This document shows positions 24,601 through 36,100 of a stretch of DNA of 64,000 nt, in pieces. The notes under the pieces are model-generated. The model was given only the letters and a program-made list of their open reading frames with translations. It was not told where the DNA came from and made no database searches. Position 1 is the stretch's first letter. Every line of letters begins with the position of its first letter. The position numbers and the translations under genes are program-made. The stretch is from Marsupella aquatica (lineage: Eukaryota > Plantae > Marchantiophyta), in NCBI GenBank assembly GCA_973895155.1, contig OZ316891.1, positions 461,558 through 525,557 of the forward strand. Direction: 5' to 3'.

Positions 24601-27014
24601 CCTGGATGCAATGAAAAGGAATTAGTAGCGCTGGGCGCTAGCAAAAATTGGGGAATGAACACTTTCGCAAAGCATGTTTGGTCCAAAATGAATGACAGGG
24701 GTAACAACAGTTAACGAATAGAACTTACTGGTTCACGGTGTGCATTGCCGCCTCGAGCTCAACTAGCGAACCTCTGTCACCATTGAAAATGACACAAATC
24801 ACATGAGGATGATACTTCAAGTTGTCCGGATTCTCCCTCGTGTGACGATTGACCACGAGTATAATCGATGATTTCCGTCAAACACACAAAACATTTTATC
24901 TTTTAGAATATGGAATGCTGGGTCCGCATCACACTCTTCCTCAAACTTGTCATTCTCTGCGACCCAGATTGGATCCCAAGAGTCCCGGATCTCGCTGGTG
25001 CATATCTGAGAAACCCCATCGGCATTTGCAGGCTGAATGTAGAAAGGCATCCCAATGCACGAGTTGTACCCGGTGACACAGAATGATTCTTTCAACTTCT
25101 CGATCGATGCACTTTCTTTCTGTAAGGTTTGAACAACCTCCATGGGGAGCAATCTACAAAGAGGAATTCGAGGTGGCTCCTTATCGAATCCTCAAAAATC
25201 CTTCCCGAACGACAATGCGTGCGTTGATATTACCTCGTCTATCGATAATCCTATGTCACTGACTTCACCCATGGAGACGTCCTTAGGGTCCATTCTCCCT
25301 CTCCTCGACCTCGGGAAGGGCTGTGCAGATTCAGCTTTGGAAGTCGACAGGGATGCAGTCGATCGAGTGATGCGACGGGTGTATACTGAACCAGCAAACG
25401 AAGACTGAGAGGACTCAGAATGACCACCATCAGCCTCCCCCATTCTCGTATCACCCAGCCAAAAGTTGCCGTGGAGAGCGACTCGACCAAAGGCACTGTC
25501 GGACGCGCCGTGCAGTTCTTGTCACGATCACGTCTCAAAATGTACGGGACCAATAAAGGACGCACATACGCACTTGACAAACTCATACAGTCCGAGGTCT
25601 GAGCCCGTAGACGGACTAAATTATCCCAAACGAGCGATCTCCACCTCGTATTAAGACACCGATACATTGGAACCAGCCATTCGATTACAACGGTCCCAAG
25701 TACAGATGGCATTCTCCGATTGGACTTTCATCCCAGACAAAAGCAAAAAGGGTTCCGTGAACCTCAATCTACTATAATATTACCGTTGGAAAGTGACCGT
25801 TGGAACCACATCAGTGTCGGTAGTTGTGGATAGCGCCAGGCACTATTATACAACATACTTTCAAATGTATCTGAAAAACCGTCTTAATGTAGCTTCGGAC
25901 AGTACTATCAACACAAGTGTCTATAAATTTTCCAATTTTGTGGAGGAGTCGACAAGCCAACTTTAGTAGCGCTCGGCGCTAGTATTCAAATAAATGATGA
26001 AATCGGAGTCCAATGACAACAAACATGACCACATGAACCCATTCATTCAATGAATATTCCAATGAATTACAATAGCGCCTGGCACTATTAAAATGCACAT
26101 CAATTGAACAGACTTTGTTGAAATAAAAGTAAAAATAACTCCGAACGGGTCTGACTTGTGATTCCTTTCATTAATAGCGCCCAATGCTATCAAAAACACT
26201 TTACAGATACGACATGTCACGACAGTGTTACGGACACTTTGTTTGTCATAATAGCGCCGAACGCTAGTGAAAACATTGACAGCAGACGAGTGTTTACGGC
26301 CATTTCAAAGAAATAGATCAGTTTCGCATTCAGAAATACAATGCAAACACGGGAGTAGAACCCAAAATTAAAGCTTGGTCTTCTGAATTCAAAAGCATTG
26401 ACACCGGGGTAAAAACGAACGGCTGTGCCATTCATATACAAAATGTTACAATACACTAGAAATCCGGCATACGAGGAAGGAACAGTATGGGTTTTGTAAC
26501 GGAAAAAAACGAGTGGAAACAGATCCTATCAACCTCGATGGATCCTCCAAGTCTCTCTAGCACTCGAACGAGACGCTCTGACACCGGGAAATCAGTCTTC
26601 CCACCAACTTGGCTTGTACGCATCAAAGTCGTCATTCGAGTTGCTCGATCCATACCACGCAAATCCTCGCCTGCTCGGTGATGAGTCCCCGCTCGAAGAA
26701 CGATCACTCTCAGTGGATGAAGAAGATACGGAGACTCCTGTGCAGATAGTGTTGGCTCTTGGACGGCCGGCTGAAGTATGGGCGATATCCCTATCGGGAA
26801 CAGAAATCGGGCCGCTCGCATTTGGCCGACTGGATCCTTCGTTGCGTCCCACAGTTGGGGCATTCTTCATCTTTGAGATGAGTTTCCCCTTCTTTGAGAT
26901 TGGAACCGTCGTCCTCTCATCCCGAGGGGGTAAGCTATTTGATGCGGGGGTCTCCCGGTTGGTGTCACTCGGGACAAGTGCCTCCTCCTTTGCCTTCCCC
27001 CGTGGAGGTGCCAT
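21680..27014 (-). pseudogene. Multi-exon cargo gene: ParB/sulfiredoxin-like domain + helical region + beta-class amino-methyltransferase-like domain; nonsense and frameshift lesions; 5' end uncertain
   Basis: RIPLCRLLPMEVV...GY...FCVFDGNHRLYSW (ParB-like DGxHR). VDAGFIYIPTG...FLADDGLLAILH and RLPVGFMQTILELVTLPGDIVMDWTVGSGSMFVAGDYSGRFVVGLE (N6_N4-MTase-like SAM-binding region). GT-AG introns ~24602-24728, 23134-23247, 22251-22411. In-frame TGA at 25192 and 23509; frameshift at ~24835. Confidence 0.7.
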
Positions 27015-30000
27015 TGAAAGTGAACTAGGACGAGAACAAGAAGCGCGAACAAGAACGTGAAGGAGGACAACAGCGTGAACTAGGACAAGAATGAGAAACA
27101 AGGACGAGAAGGAGAACAAGAACGTGCACGAAAGCCAAAAAGAACAACTGGGCCCGAATGCGAGAACGGGAACCATGCGCCCGAAAGATGAGCCACAACT
27201 GCGACTCAGTAAAGAATGGCTTGACAATGAGGACATCGGAGGAGAACGACTAGATATAAGGAGAGTTCGCACTTGGTCCTGGCTGCCCACTTCGAAGAGG
27301 ACCCTCTGATATAACTTTCGTGGATGCTTCCTCTCTGACACATTTGGACCCGGGCGGATCGGATTCGCGAAGATCCAGTGGAGATCTTAAAGCGTGCCAA
27401 CTTAATGACTCGTACTGTACCGCGTTATCGTACTTATCCTTCCATTGAATGTTTTCAAGTCCATTGAAATAGGTAGCACCAGGCGCTATTATTTATTGCC
27501 TTCGTACTCCTCACCCAAGAATGTTTGCACCCAGAGGTAGCGCCAGGCGCTATTATTATTGGCATTCGTAGTCCTCACCCAAGAGTGTTTTACACTTAGA
27601 GGTAGCGCCAGGCGCTAGTAACTATGAACCCGAATCCTGCCGTTGGTAAGACGACAAAACGTCATTGATGGAGTGCGTCCAAATCTATAACGACTCTATA
27701 ATGAGAATGGAACGTTTACTTCTCATACTCGAATCTCATGATAAACATATTTCATTTCGCGTGGGGCAAATGCATATCCCTCTTTTGAAGCCATGGCTCA
27801 AAATATCGTTGTCACGAAGAAGGACACTCTGGATGTAATCACAATTCCCGTCCTCGAATCATCTGAATCAAAGCGTGTTTCAGAGGAATATTTGGAAGTG
27901 AGATTTGATGTCGCCAAGGAGTGTATTTTAGCAATCTCGTTAGTGTCGGTTTGTTTGGGGGAGACTCCAGTTTTCTACGATGTTGTTCATGGTCTAAGAT
28001 ATTGGACTCTAGAGGCTCAGAAAGAATATGAGGTTTTTGTTTTGAGAGATTCTGGGGCCTCCTATACTCGTCCTCCCACAGTGGCTGAACTCGATGTCAT
28101 TGAACTCTCGGAAAGTTCTGGAGATGATAAGCAAGCGACAACTACTCTCGGAGAGAAGATTCCAATTTACCCATCCGAGGTTAAAAAGGAGTCTAATGCG
28201 GATCGAGAAATGATTGTGCCTTTGACTGTGTACCGGCAGAGTGCAATGGATACAATCTTGAAATCCAAAGGTCATAGTGAATTGTCTCGGTTTATAAGGG
28301 GGAGTGATTTTGTTCATCACGTAGTGCCTAGTCTTCCCACATCTTACAATGGGAATGTGGTTTTTGAGTTACCCCCGGTAGACTGTGTGAACGCAAAAGG
28401 TGAACGTTTGAAAGATATGGATCGTGGTAAGGATTGTTATTATTGGACTCGGATTGTGAAAACGTCTTCAAATGTTCTTCCAAAGAAAATGTGGGATTTC
28501 AGGAAAGTCCAATGTACGGGATCGTTGCAGTGTCGAAATAATGTCTGTCCGTGGTGGAAAGACAACAAGTTTCAAAATAATGAGATGTGGGCAAGAACCC
28601 CAAAACTTTCGGGCCCATTCCAAGTTGGGGAATTGATCTTCGAAGGTGGAGTTGTTTGTCACCATTGCTCCGAACCTCCGATGTGCGTTGAGGCCTGCCC
28701 TGCTCTAATGTTCTACATGTATCCATTTGCAAAAGTTGACGTTAAGTCTTTGGCCCACATGTCGCGACTAGCTGTTCATATGGGATTTCACAATCATCCC
28801 AGTCGATGGGTCTTTTCGAGGGAGGCAGAAAAGGTTGCAAAGTCTCATCTGGAGAAGGGATTCACTGCAAACCCCATGGCATCCCCAGCAGGGATTAAAA
28901 ACTCTGCGACTGAGACACTGACAAATACATTTTGCGAGGCCTCTGTTGAAGAAATCTCTCTTGAAGAAGAGAAGGAAATCTGGGAGTCCCTGATGGTCAT
29001 CGCATCTCCTCAGAAGTTTGCATCCGTGTTAAGGAGTGTCCGTCAAGATCAGAAGGGGAACTGGAATTTCTTGTGGGGATGCAAAAGTGTATCCGACTGC
29101 CTTTTCTTCATAGGTTCTTGCTCCCTGGTCAAGGCTGTCAGGACGAGAGTGCTCATATCTTTAAAATGATCGTAAAAGGTGACAGTAGTGGTCTGGACCT
29201 GCTCCAAAGAATGAAACCTGGTGGGTCGTTAGAGGGTTCATGGGTAAGTTTTGACGTGATGCATCAAAGCATGGCAGATTGGCTTACTTTCAGTGCCCAT
29301 GTATATGATCATCATTACCGGGCACTTTGCACCATATTCACTTGTGAGCTAAAGGCCGAAGATGCAAAATCTCTGGAGAGAGCCTGGCGTTTGATGTTAG
29401 AGGTTGCCGATGAAAATGGTTTACAGGATGTTACAATTCGGGGATTCATGGCGGACAATGCTCAGGCTGGTTGGAATGCTGTTCGAAACGTGTTCTTTGA
29501 CGGTGTACCCGACCCAGAGCGAGAAAGATCAGATGCCTTTCATTTTTTCCAATCTTTTCATCGTCATTCCCGAGAAGGTGTAAAAGATGGAAAGCACGGA
29601 GAGCACAAGGAGATGTGGGATCGTCTTCGGAACGCGCCAACTTTCTTGAAAGCATATCAAATCTCTAGGGAAATCGATGACTGGTGGAGGTCTGGCAATT
29701 GTCACTCAGGCAAACTTCGGATGCTGCAAGGGTGGCTGTCTTGGTGGGTTGTCCGATGGAGACAATGGGGGAACTTCATAAGACTGGTGAGTTATACACT
29801 TCTCTAGGATGCATGTTCCCATTAATAGCGCTCGGCGCTAGTGAAGCATGTGTGAGATAGAAGGGTTCCTTATCTGCAATAGTAGCGCCGAGCGCTAATA
29901 ATCCATTTGGACTATGAGTGATGTAAGGACTACCTTTATTCTGTGTTAAACGGTTCTTTACATGGAAATATCATCATCAGTTTATTAGCGTCTGGCGCTA

Positions 30001-31546
30001 CTGTTATTTCCATTGTGTTGCCACTTTTGTGTGCAATTTCTTACATGTACTAAACCCTTGCGTGCAACGTTTCAGAGCAAGAGTGCCAAAGAGGTTGGGA
30101 TGATTCCTAATTGTACTGGTTTGGAATCTAGGCATGCTGGAATAAAAGCATGGCAACAAAAAAAAGGTTGGTCTATTTGAAGGATGTAAAACGGACCAAA
30201 ATAGAGCGGTTGCTCAAATTGCTGCTTATACTGCATACAAAAGGGGATTGAGCAGAGGAACTGGCCCAACTATTTTTGAGCTTGCCTTCAGATCGGCGGA
30301 CCTGGCGGGGTCACCGCGTCTCTTTGAGGAAGCCACCAATCTCCTCCTGTCGAACGCTGCTGAGTTTGATTTGGAAAGAAGCGTTCCATTGAATGGTGAT
30401 GTTGTAACTCGATCGGTGAAACAAAAAGGACATGCAACTGGGAACGTCTCGGCAGAAGACTCGCACAGGCATGATACCATCCTTGTTACTTCACCAAATA
30501 CAAAAGGTTTGAAAAGGAGAAACCTGCATTCCACTGATTTCGAGAAAATGCCTTCTACGCCTTCAGCCGGTGGAATTGATGCGGTCCATAATTTGTCAGA
30601 AAGCGATGCTTTTGAGGAAGTTGTGGTCATTGACACACCTCGCGTCGAGCAACAAGATCCTCTGTCCCACCAGTCACGCCTGCAAGACCTGTCGAGATTG
30701 CATATTGTCATTCAGTTTCCCCAATGGAAAGTGAAGTACCTCCCGGTGCCTGGCAGTTGTGTCGGACCTCAAAACGGGGTGCGGGTCCAGTGTGTAACGG
30801 AACCCTTGTTACGGGGAGGTAGTCGTGATGAATGTCAAAATCGAGTAAAGAAGGTTGGTCTTCCGAATCCAGATGGTGTTGTTGCAATTTCCGTGAGAGG
30901 ATGTAGAATGTTCAGGGGGCAACCTTATAACGATCAGATATGGTTTTGCCCCAACAACCACTGTCACCGAAGCACAACAAGGAGAGGAATCTCCAACATT
31001 CCCAATGTTCCTTCACATCTCCCAATTGCCAGAGGGACCAATCTTTCTGGAGCAGAGATTCAATTTTTGAAAGAACAAGGACTTATTCTCTCCGAAGGCC
31101 GTGGAGATGAAATTGAAGCACCGTTGCCTTCTGCGTTACGGATTGATGTCAATCTTTTCCCGGAGAGGATCAACCTAACTGACCCATTTGTGAGGTGCGC
31201 TTCAAGGAACGGGAAGAAATGCTTGCAAAGAGTGCATCTTACCCAAACACATTTGAAGAGAATTGAAGCCTCTGAAAAAGAAGTGATGAACGTCATTGGA
31301 GAGAGAGTGATCACGAGTGGAAATGCGTCGGGGAAACAGTTTTGTATCCGGACCCATGAACATGAGAGATCAGTCGCCTCTTATTGGGTTCAGATATGTT
31401 GTTTCCCATGTTGCTCTTGCGAGGATTTCTACCATCAACATACTTATCGGAAGCCTTACATGCCTTGCAAACATGTGTATTGGGTGTTCAAGAATATCAA
31501 CCTATTCATTAAAAGTGTATTTTCTTTTGTTCACAAATGAGTCTTG

Positions 31547-31625
31547 AAATGTACACTTTCATGTCCCCAAATGTACACTTCAAGACACCCAAATGTACAC
31601 TTTTGTGTCTCTAAATGTACACTTT
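31547..31625. repeat. Left subterminal AAATGTACACTTT repeats of the Sola-like element
   Basis: Four copies here; also at ~13582-13660 in the truncated copy. Confidence 0.8.
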
Positions 31626-31877
31626 ATAGGCCAAATCACATTAATATTATATTAATAAATAATACATATTATATTATTTAATAACTCACATAGAAATGGA
31701 GGATAAAAATTTATAAAGTTATTTCATCCCCATTTAAGGACCAGATATTCTGTGAACAAAATAACATCATTCCAAATAGATTATAAAATATCTTTATACA
31801 ATTATCTGCAAATTTACATTGAATACGAACATGTTTCTAGTACTATCCAAGGGGCTTAACACAAGTCAATTAAATAT

Positions 31878-33011
31878 CTAAACCAAGTGCTCCCTACAAT
31901 GTGTATTTGAGCATGTGCCCCTGTCTCCTTTCCTATCTACCCTATTGTCACGGTTGCAACTCACTTTATTTTCAGGGAGTTGAAATCTGGTGGTGTTGTT
32001 CCTAATGGCTATAATCTCCCGCAAAAAGTGTCTGGGATTTTCTCTATATGGACCTAAATAGTCCTTTCCTAAAAATGATTTAGCAAGTGAGTTGACAAGT
32101 GCATTGTCAAGTTCCACCTCAGGACGTAAACTACATATACGGTGCTTTACATTCCAAGGGATCTCATTACTGTTGAGGTCCAACACACTATGTGTAAACT
32201 GTGACTTCCAAATTTTTGCTGCAAATCTCTTGCTAAGTTGATCATAAGTAATCTCATTTTTTGCCTTGTCTCTCTTCATGTGCAAAAGAGACCACTTTGG
32301 AGAGTTGAGAAGAAGATAGCATCGAATGTCACTTGCATGTGATAGTTTCTCAAGACATGGCCAAAGAATTGCTAGAAGAAAATTATCTCCACGATTGGCA
32401 TGCGTGTAGGGCACTGGAAATAATCCGGTCATGTCTGGGTTGGCAAATGCCTTAAGGGGGGAGTCATCCACAAGGAGGGTGTTGGTTTCATCATATAGAT
32501 TTCCAAATGCATTCCATACCACCTGAAAATCCTTCAGTAGCACATTTGCCTTTCCGTTTGTAATGTCACGCCTTTGAATGCCTATGTCAAAGGCTTCCAC
32601 CTGTGTGAATACAAACTTAAGTTTCAACCGCTCCTCAACAGTGAACATCATGTTCAGCATTTTCACTGTTCGTTCTACCCCAGCACAAGTCCAAATTGCA
32701 ACGTCAAATCTGTCAAAAACCAACTTTAGAAACTCATGGAGCCCTGGTCGTTCTATATACATGCGACTAATACCATTTTTTCTATCCCAATGCACTCCAC
32801 TTGAGGTGACAATATTCCTGGATGTGCCCTTGTTTTGGAATTCAATAGAATCCCAAAGTATTTTATTAAGGTCCAAAATCAGCAACTTCCGCTTGACGGG
32901 ACCAGGTCTCGATTCTGCAAGTGCACCAAACACCATTCTCAGAGAAAAGACCAAAAGTGAACTTTGGATTAGGATTGTCTCAGTCCAAAAATACAACACA
33001 ATGGCTGACAA
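31878..33011 (-). CDS. FCP1/SCP/NIF-family HAD phosphatase-like protein (cargo), open ORF; true start may be downstream (MVFGAL)
   Basis: KRKLLILDLNKILWD, ERPGLHEFLKLVFDRFDVAIWT, LLKDFQVVW, NTLLVDDSPLKAFANP are NIF/FCP1-domain motifs. DxN replaces the canonical DxDxT. Confidence 0.8.
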   Translation of the reverse strand: MSAIVLYFWTETILIQSSLLVFSLRMVFGALAESRPGPVKRKLLILDLNKILWDSIEFQNKGTSRNIVTSSGVHWDRKNGISRMYIERPGLHEFLKLVFDRFDVAIWTCAGVERTVKMLNMMFTVEERLKLKFVFTQVEAFDIGIQRRDITNGKANVLLKDFQVVWNAFGNLYDETNTLLVDDSPLKAFANPDMTGLFPVPYTHANRGDNFLLAILWPCLEKLSHASDIRCYLLLNSPKWSLLHMKRDKAKNEITYDQLSKRFAAKIWKSQFTHSVLDLNSNEIPWNVKHRICSLRPEVELDNALVNSLAKSFLGKDYLGPYRENPRHFLREIIAIRNNTTRFQLPENKVSCNRDNRVDRKGDRGTCSNTHCREHLV

Positions 33012-33153
33012 AAACGAAAATTAACCTACATACCGTTTTTAGAAGCCTCACAATGTGTAGACGGATATGGAGACTTTAATTGGTGAGCCCATTCTGTGAG
33101 ACCGAGAAGTATTTTAGATTGATATGAATAAATAGAAAGTCAAAGGCTGAATT

Positions 33154-36100
33154 TCATTCCGAAATAAGAGATCCGTATTCATCAATAATCATGTCAGCAC
33201 CAAGCTCCTGTTGGATTTCAAAATTGACATCTGAAGTACTTTGTTCTACCCAATAAGGAGAAGTCCAAACAGGAGTTATGAACCCCAATTCTCCCCTCTT
33301 ATACTCCTCCTTATTGAGAATTGAAGGAGCAGCTTCCAATGATATTTCTTGGCCTCGATTTGGCCCACTTTTCCACACGTAACATCGTGCGTCACGTTCC
33401 AATGACCTCCATCCAGTTGATCCAACTCTATTCCCTTTCTTTTTTGAGAACGGAAGGACAACAGGACTCCTCGAGTGTGAACGAACGAACACCAATTTGT
33501 CATCAGAAGCTGAAAAGAGTGTGTCAGGACAAGTTGAAGCACCTGCCTGGTTGTCAGCAGCCGTTGATGCATTTCCTCCTGGATTGATGGGAATGTCAGG
33601 CAATCCGCCGGCTTCCCCACGAGTCAATTCGTTAGTTTCAGCTTCATTTGAATCTCCAAGCCTCGTTGCGCCTTCGTTGATCAGATTGGTTGAAGAAAGA
33701 TGATCAAACATATCAACCCTTGCTCCTTCCAGTTGCTCCATCTGTCCTCCCGGCGTTGTTGGATTGGGATCATCCTTGTCCAAGTTATCATCAACTTGAA
33801 CTTCATGGGGCCCCGGAGGGATGTCATCTAAACCAGATGAACGGTTTGGTGCAAGTCCAATATCATCATCTACATCGTAAGGCTCACCTTGACCAACACG
33901 GTCATCCAAATTTTTGACATATGCCTCGTCTGATGCCTCTACGCCTTTAGCCACTTTGTCAGCAACATCTTCAGACTCAGAACCGTCGGATTCAACAGCG
34001 ACAGCTACAGCCGCAATAGTGGTAGCCCATTGTCGAGAATTTTCAGCAAGTGATTCACAATGGGCTTTAAGTGAGGGAACTCTCTCGCAAAGGTAGGAAG
34101 CAAAAGCTTCCACAAAATGCCTCTCGGACTGAGAGTCACAATAAACAAAGCATTCCCTATCGCAAAAAAATGATGTCTTCATGACTTGGCCACCGGAGAA
34201 AAAATCTAGAACCAAATCTCCCGGTTCTGATAAGGATTCAATAATCCTTCGGATCATCCGCGTGGGTTTGGCATGAGGATTAACCCATCCTCCGCGACTA
34301 CCAACTGTCTCAAATCGAGGGGCCATATTCATAATCTTGACGGCCTCTTCCGGGTCCAAAACCACTTTTAGGTCGTCGTTTTGTGTCCCCTCATCTGATT
34401 CCTTAGCTTTCCCCTTTCCCTTGTCGATCTTGCATACTTCATAATCAACATCCTTTGAAGTATACAAGAATTTTGGCTTTGGATAGTTGGGCTTGAAAAC
34501 TTCATTCCAATTGACGTCTTCATCTCGAGAAATCCCTGCAAAGATAACTTCTTCAATCCCTCCACCCCAACATGAGTCATGAGGGTGCGGTTGATCATCT
34601 CGTGAATAACTCCCATACTCAATGTGAATGGTCAAAGCTTTCTCTTGTCCCAATTTACGAAGGGCACCATGGACATTCAGTGCAAGTTGTCCAGGATGAA
34701 CTGTTATCGTCACCACAATCGTGGGATTTTGTGGAAGCTCCACAATGTATTCAAAGAGAACAAGAATCTCTGCTTCAGTCCACTGTTTTTGTGGAAGCCG
34801 GCTAAAATCAACAATGGCAAGAGGGCAGGTCGGAGGAGCTTCTTGCAATGACTCTGGATCAATGGTCTTCATGAGATTGTCGCTAAAAAATGTAACCCAT
34901 GGTAGGGTCCGAGAACGTGATCCTCCGCCAAATCTCTGGCAGTATATATCATCTAGGCGGAATACCAATGCCGTCGGCAAGATTGCGCTCTCCCGCGTAT
35001 GATTTGGCTTTAAAAGGTTGGCAAGATAGACCTCGCCAACGGCTCTTCGACACCTGCTGAACTCTGAATCAATTGCTAGCGTAGGAAGAACCTCAACTAC
35101 TTTCCCCCAATTAGTATTTGTCGGGAAATTCACCGCATCCTTGGTGCAATAGTAGTCTTCAATAAGGGACTTGAGTTTCCGCACGATCTTCACATCTTTG
35201 GCCAACTCCTCTATAGATGGCATGTCTGATTTATTAGAGGCATCTTTCTTTAGCAATACCTTTCCTGACTTCACCCGCGTCAGTATTCTTGTGATGTCTC
35301 GTTGTGAGATCAACTCACCATCAAAACAACGAAACATGGCAACAGTAATTGCTTTTTTAGACTTCTCATTTCCTTCTACACCAGCTCCATCGGGAAGTTT
35401 CCCATCCAACCACAATTGGCATACCAAACTCCATAAATCAAAAAGAGCATTGTCGGCAAACAGTAACCAGTAGACATTACGACAATCTTTCCTTCCCATG
35501 GTCATTCTTGCAAGAGCCAACCAATCCTACAATTGCAAAGGAAAGTCTGTTAGTTCTCCATAACTCAATTGTTTGAAAGCACTCAGGTGCGGACTGAGAC
35601 CATCCCAGTCCAACACAGAAGTAGACAGTATCAGTGGAAATATTATATTGAATGTGCATGATTTAGTTTGGACTAGGACCATCCCAATCCAAAACAAAAC
35701 TAGACGGTATCAGTGGAGAAATATTCTACTGAATGTGCATGAATCCATTTGGACTGGGACCATCCCAGTCCAACACAAAACTAGACAATATCAGTGGAAA
35801 TAGTCTATTGAATGTGCATGAATCCATTTGGACTGGGACCATCCCAGTCCAACACAAAACTAGACGATATCAGTGGAAATATTCTACTGAATGTGAATGT
35901 ATCCATTTGGACTCGGACCATCTCAATCCAAAGCAAACTTGAAGCTTTGTGGTCAAAGACTACCATCTCAATTGTAATCACACATGGAGAGTCTACGGTA
36001 TTGTACCAATCAAGCAGTAACACTTCATACCTGAAATTTTTGATTGTCTTGAGCGTTTGTTTTGTTGTCCCCATGTTTTGGCCGGCTAGGTTTTCCACAT

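Noticed and set aside
27793-31540. Zisupton/KDZ transposase because of the SWIM finger
   Set aside because: KDZ-type CxC and catalytic motifs were not seen; the D..D..FH..E pattern fits the MULE domain better.
33154-35520. Calling the cargo an active DNA methyltransferase or a restriction-modification system
   Set aside because: No (D/N/S)PPY catalytic motif or restriction nuclease is recognisable; only the fold is supported.
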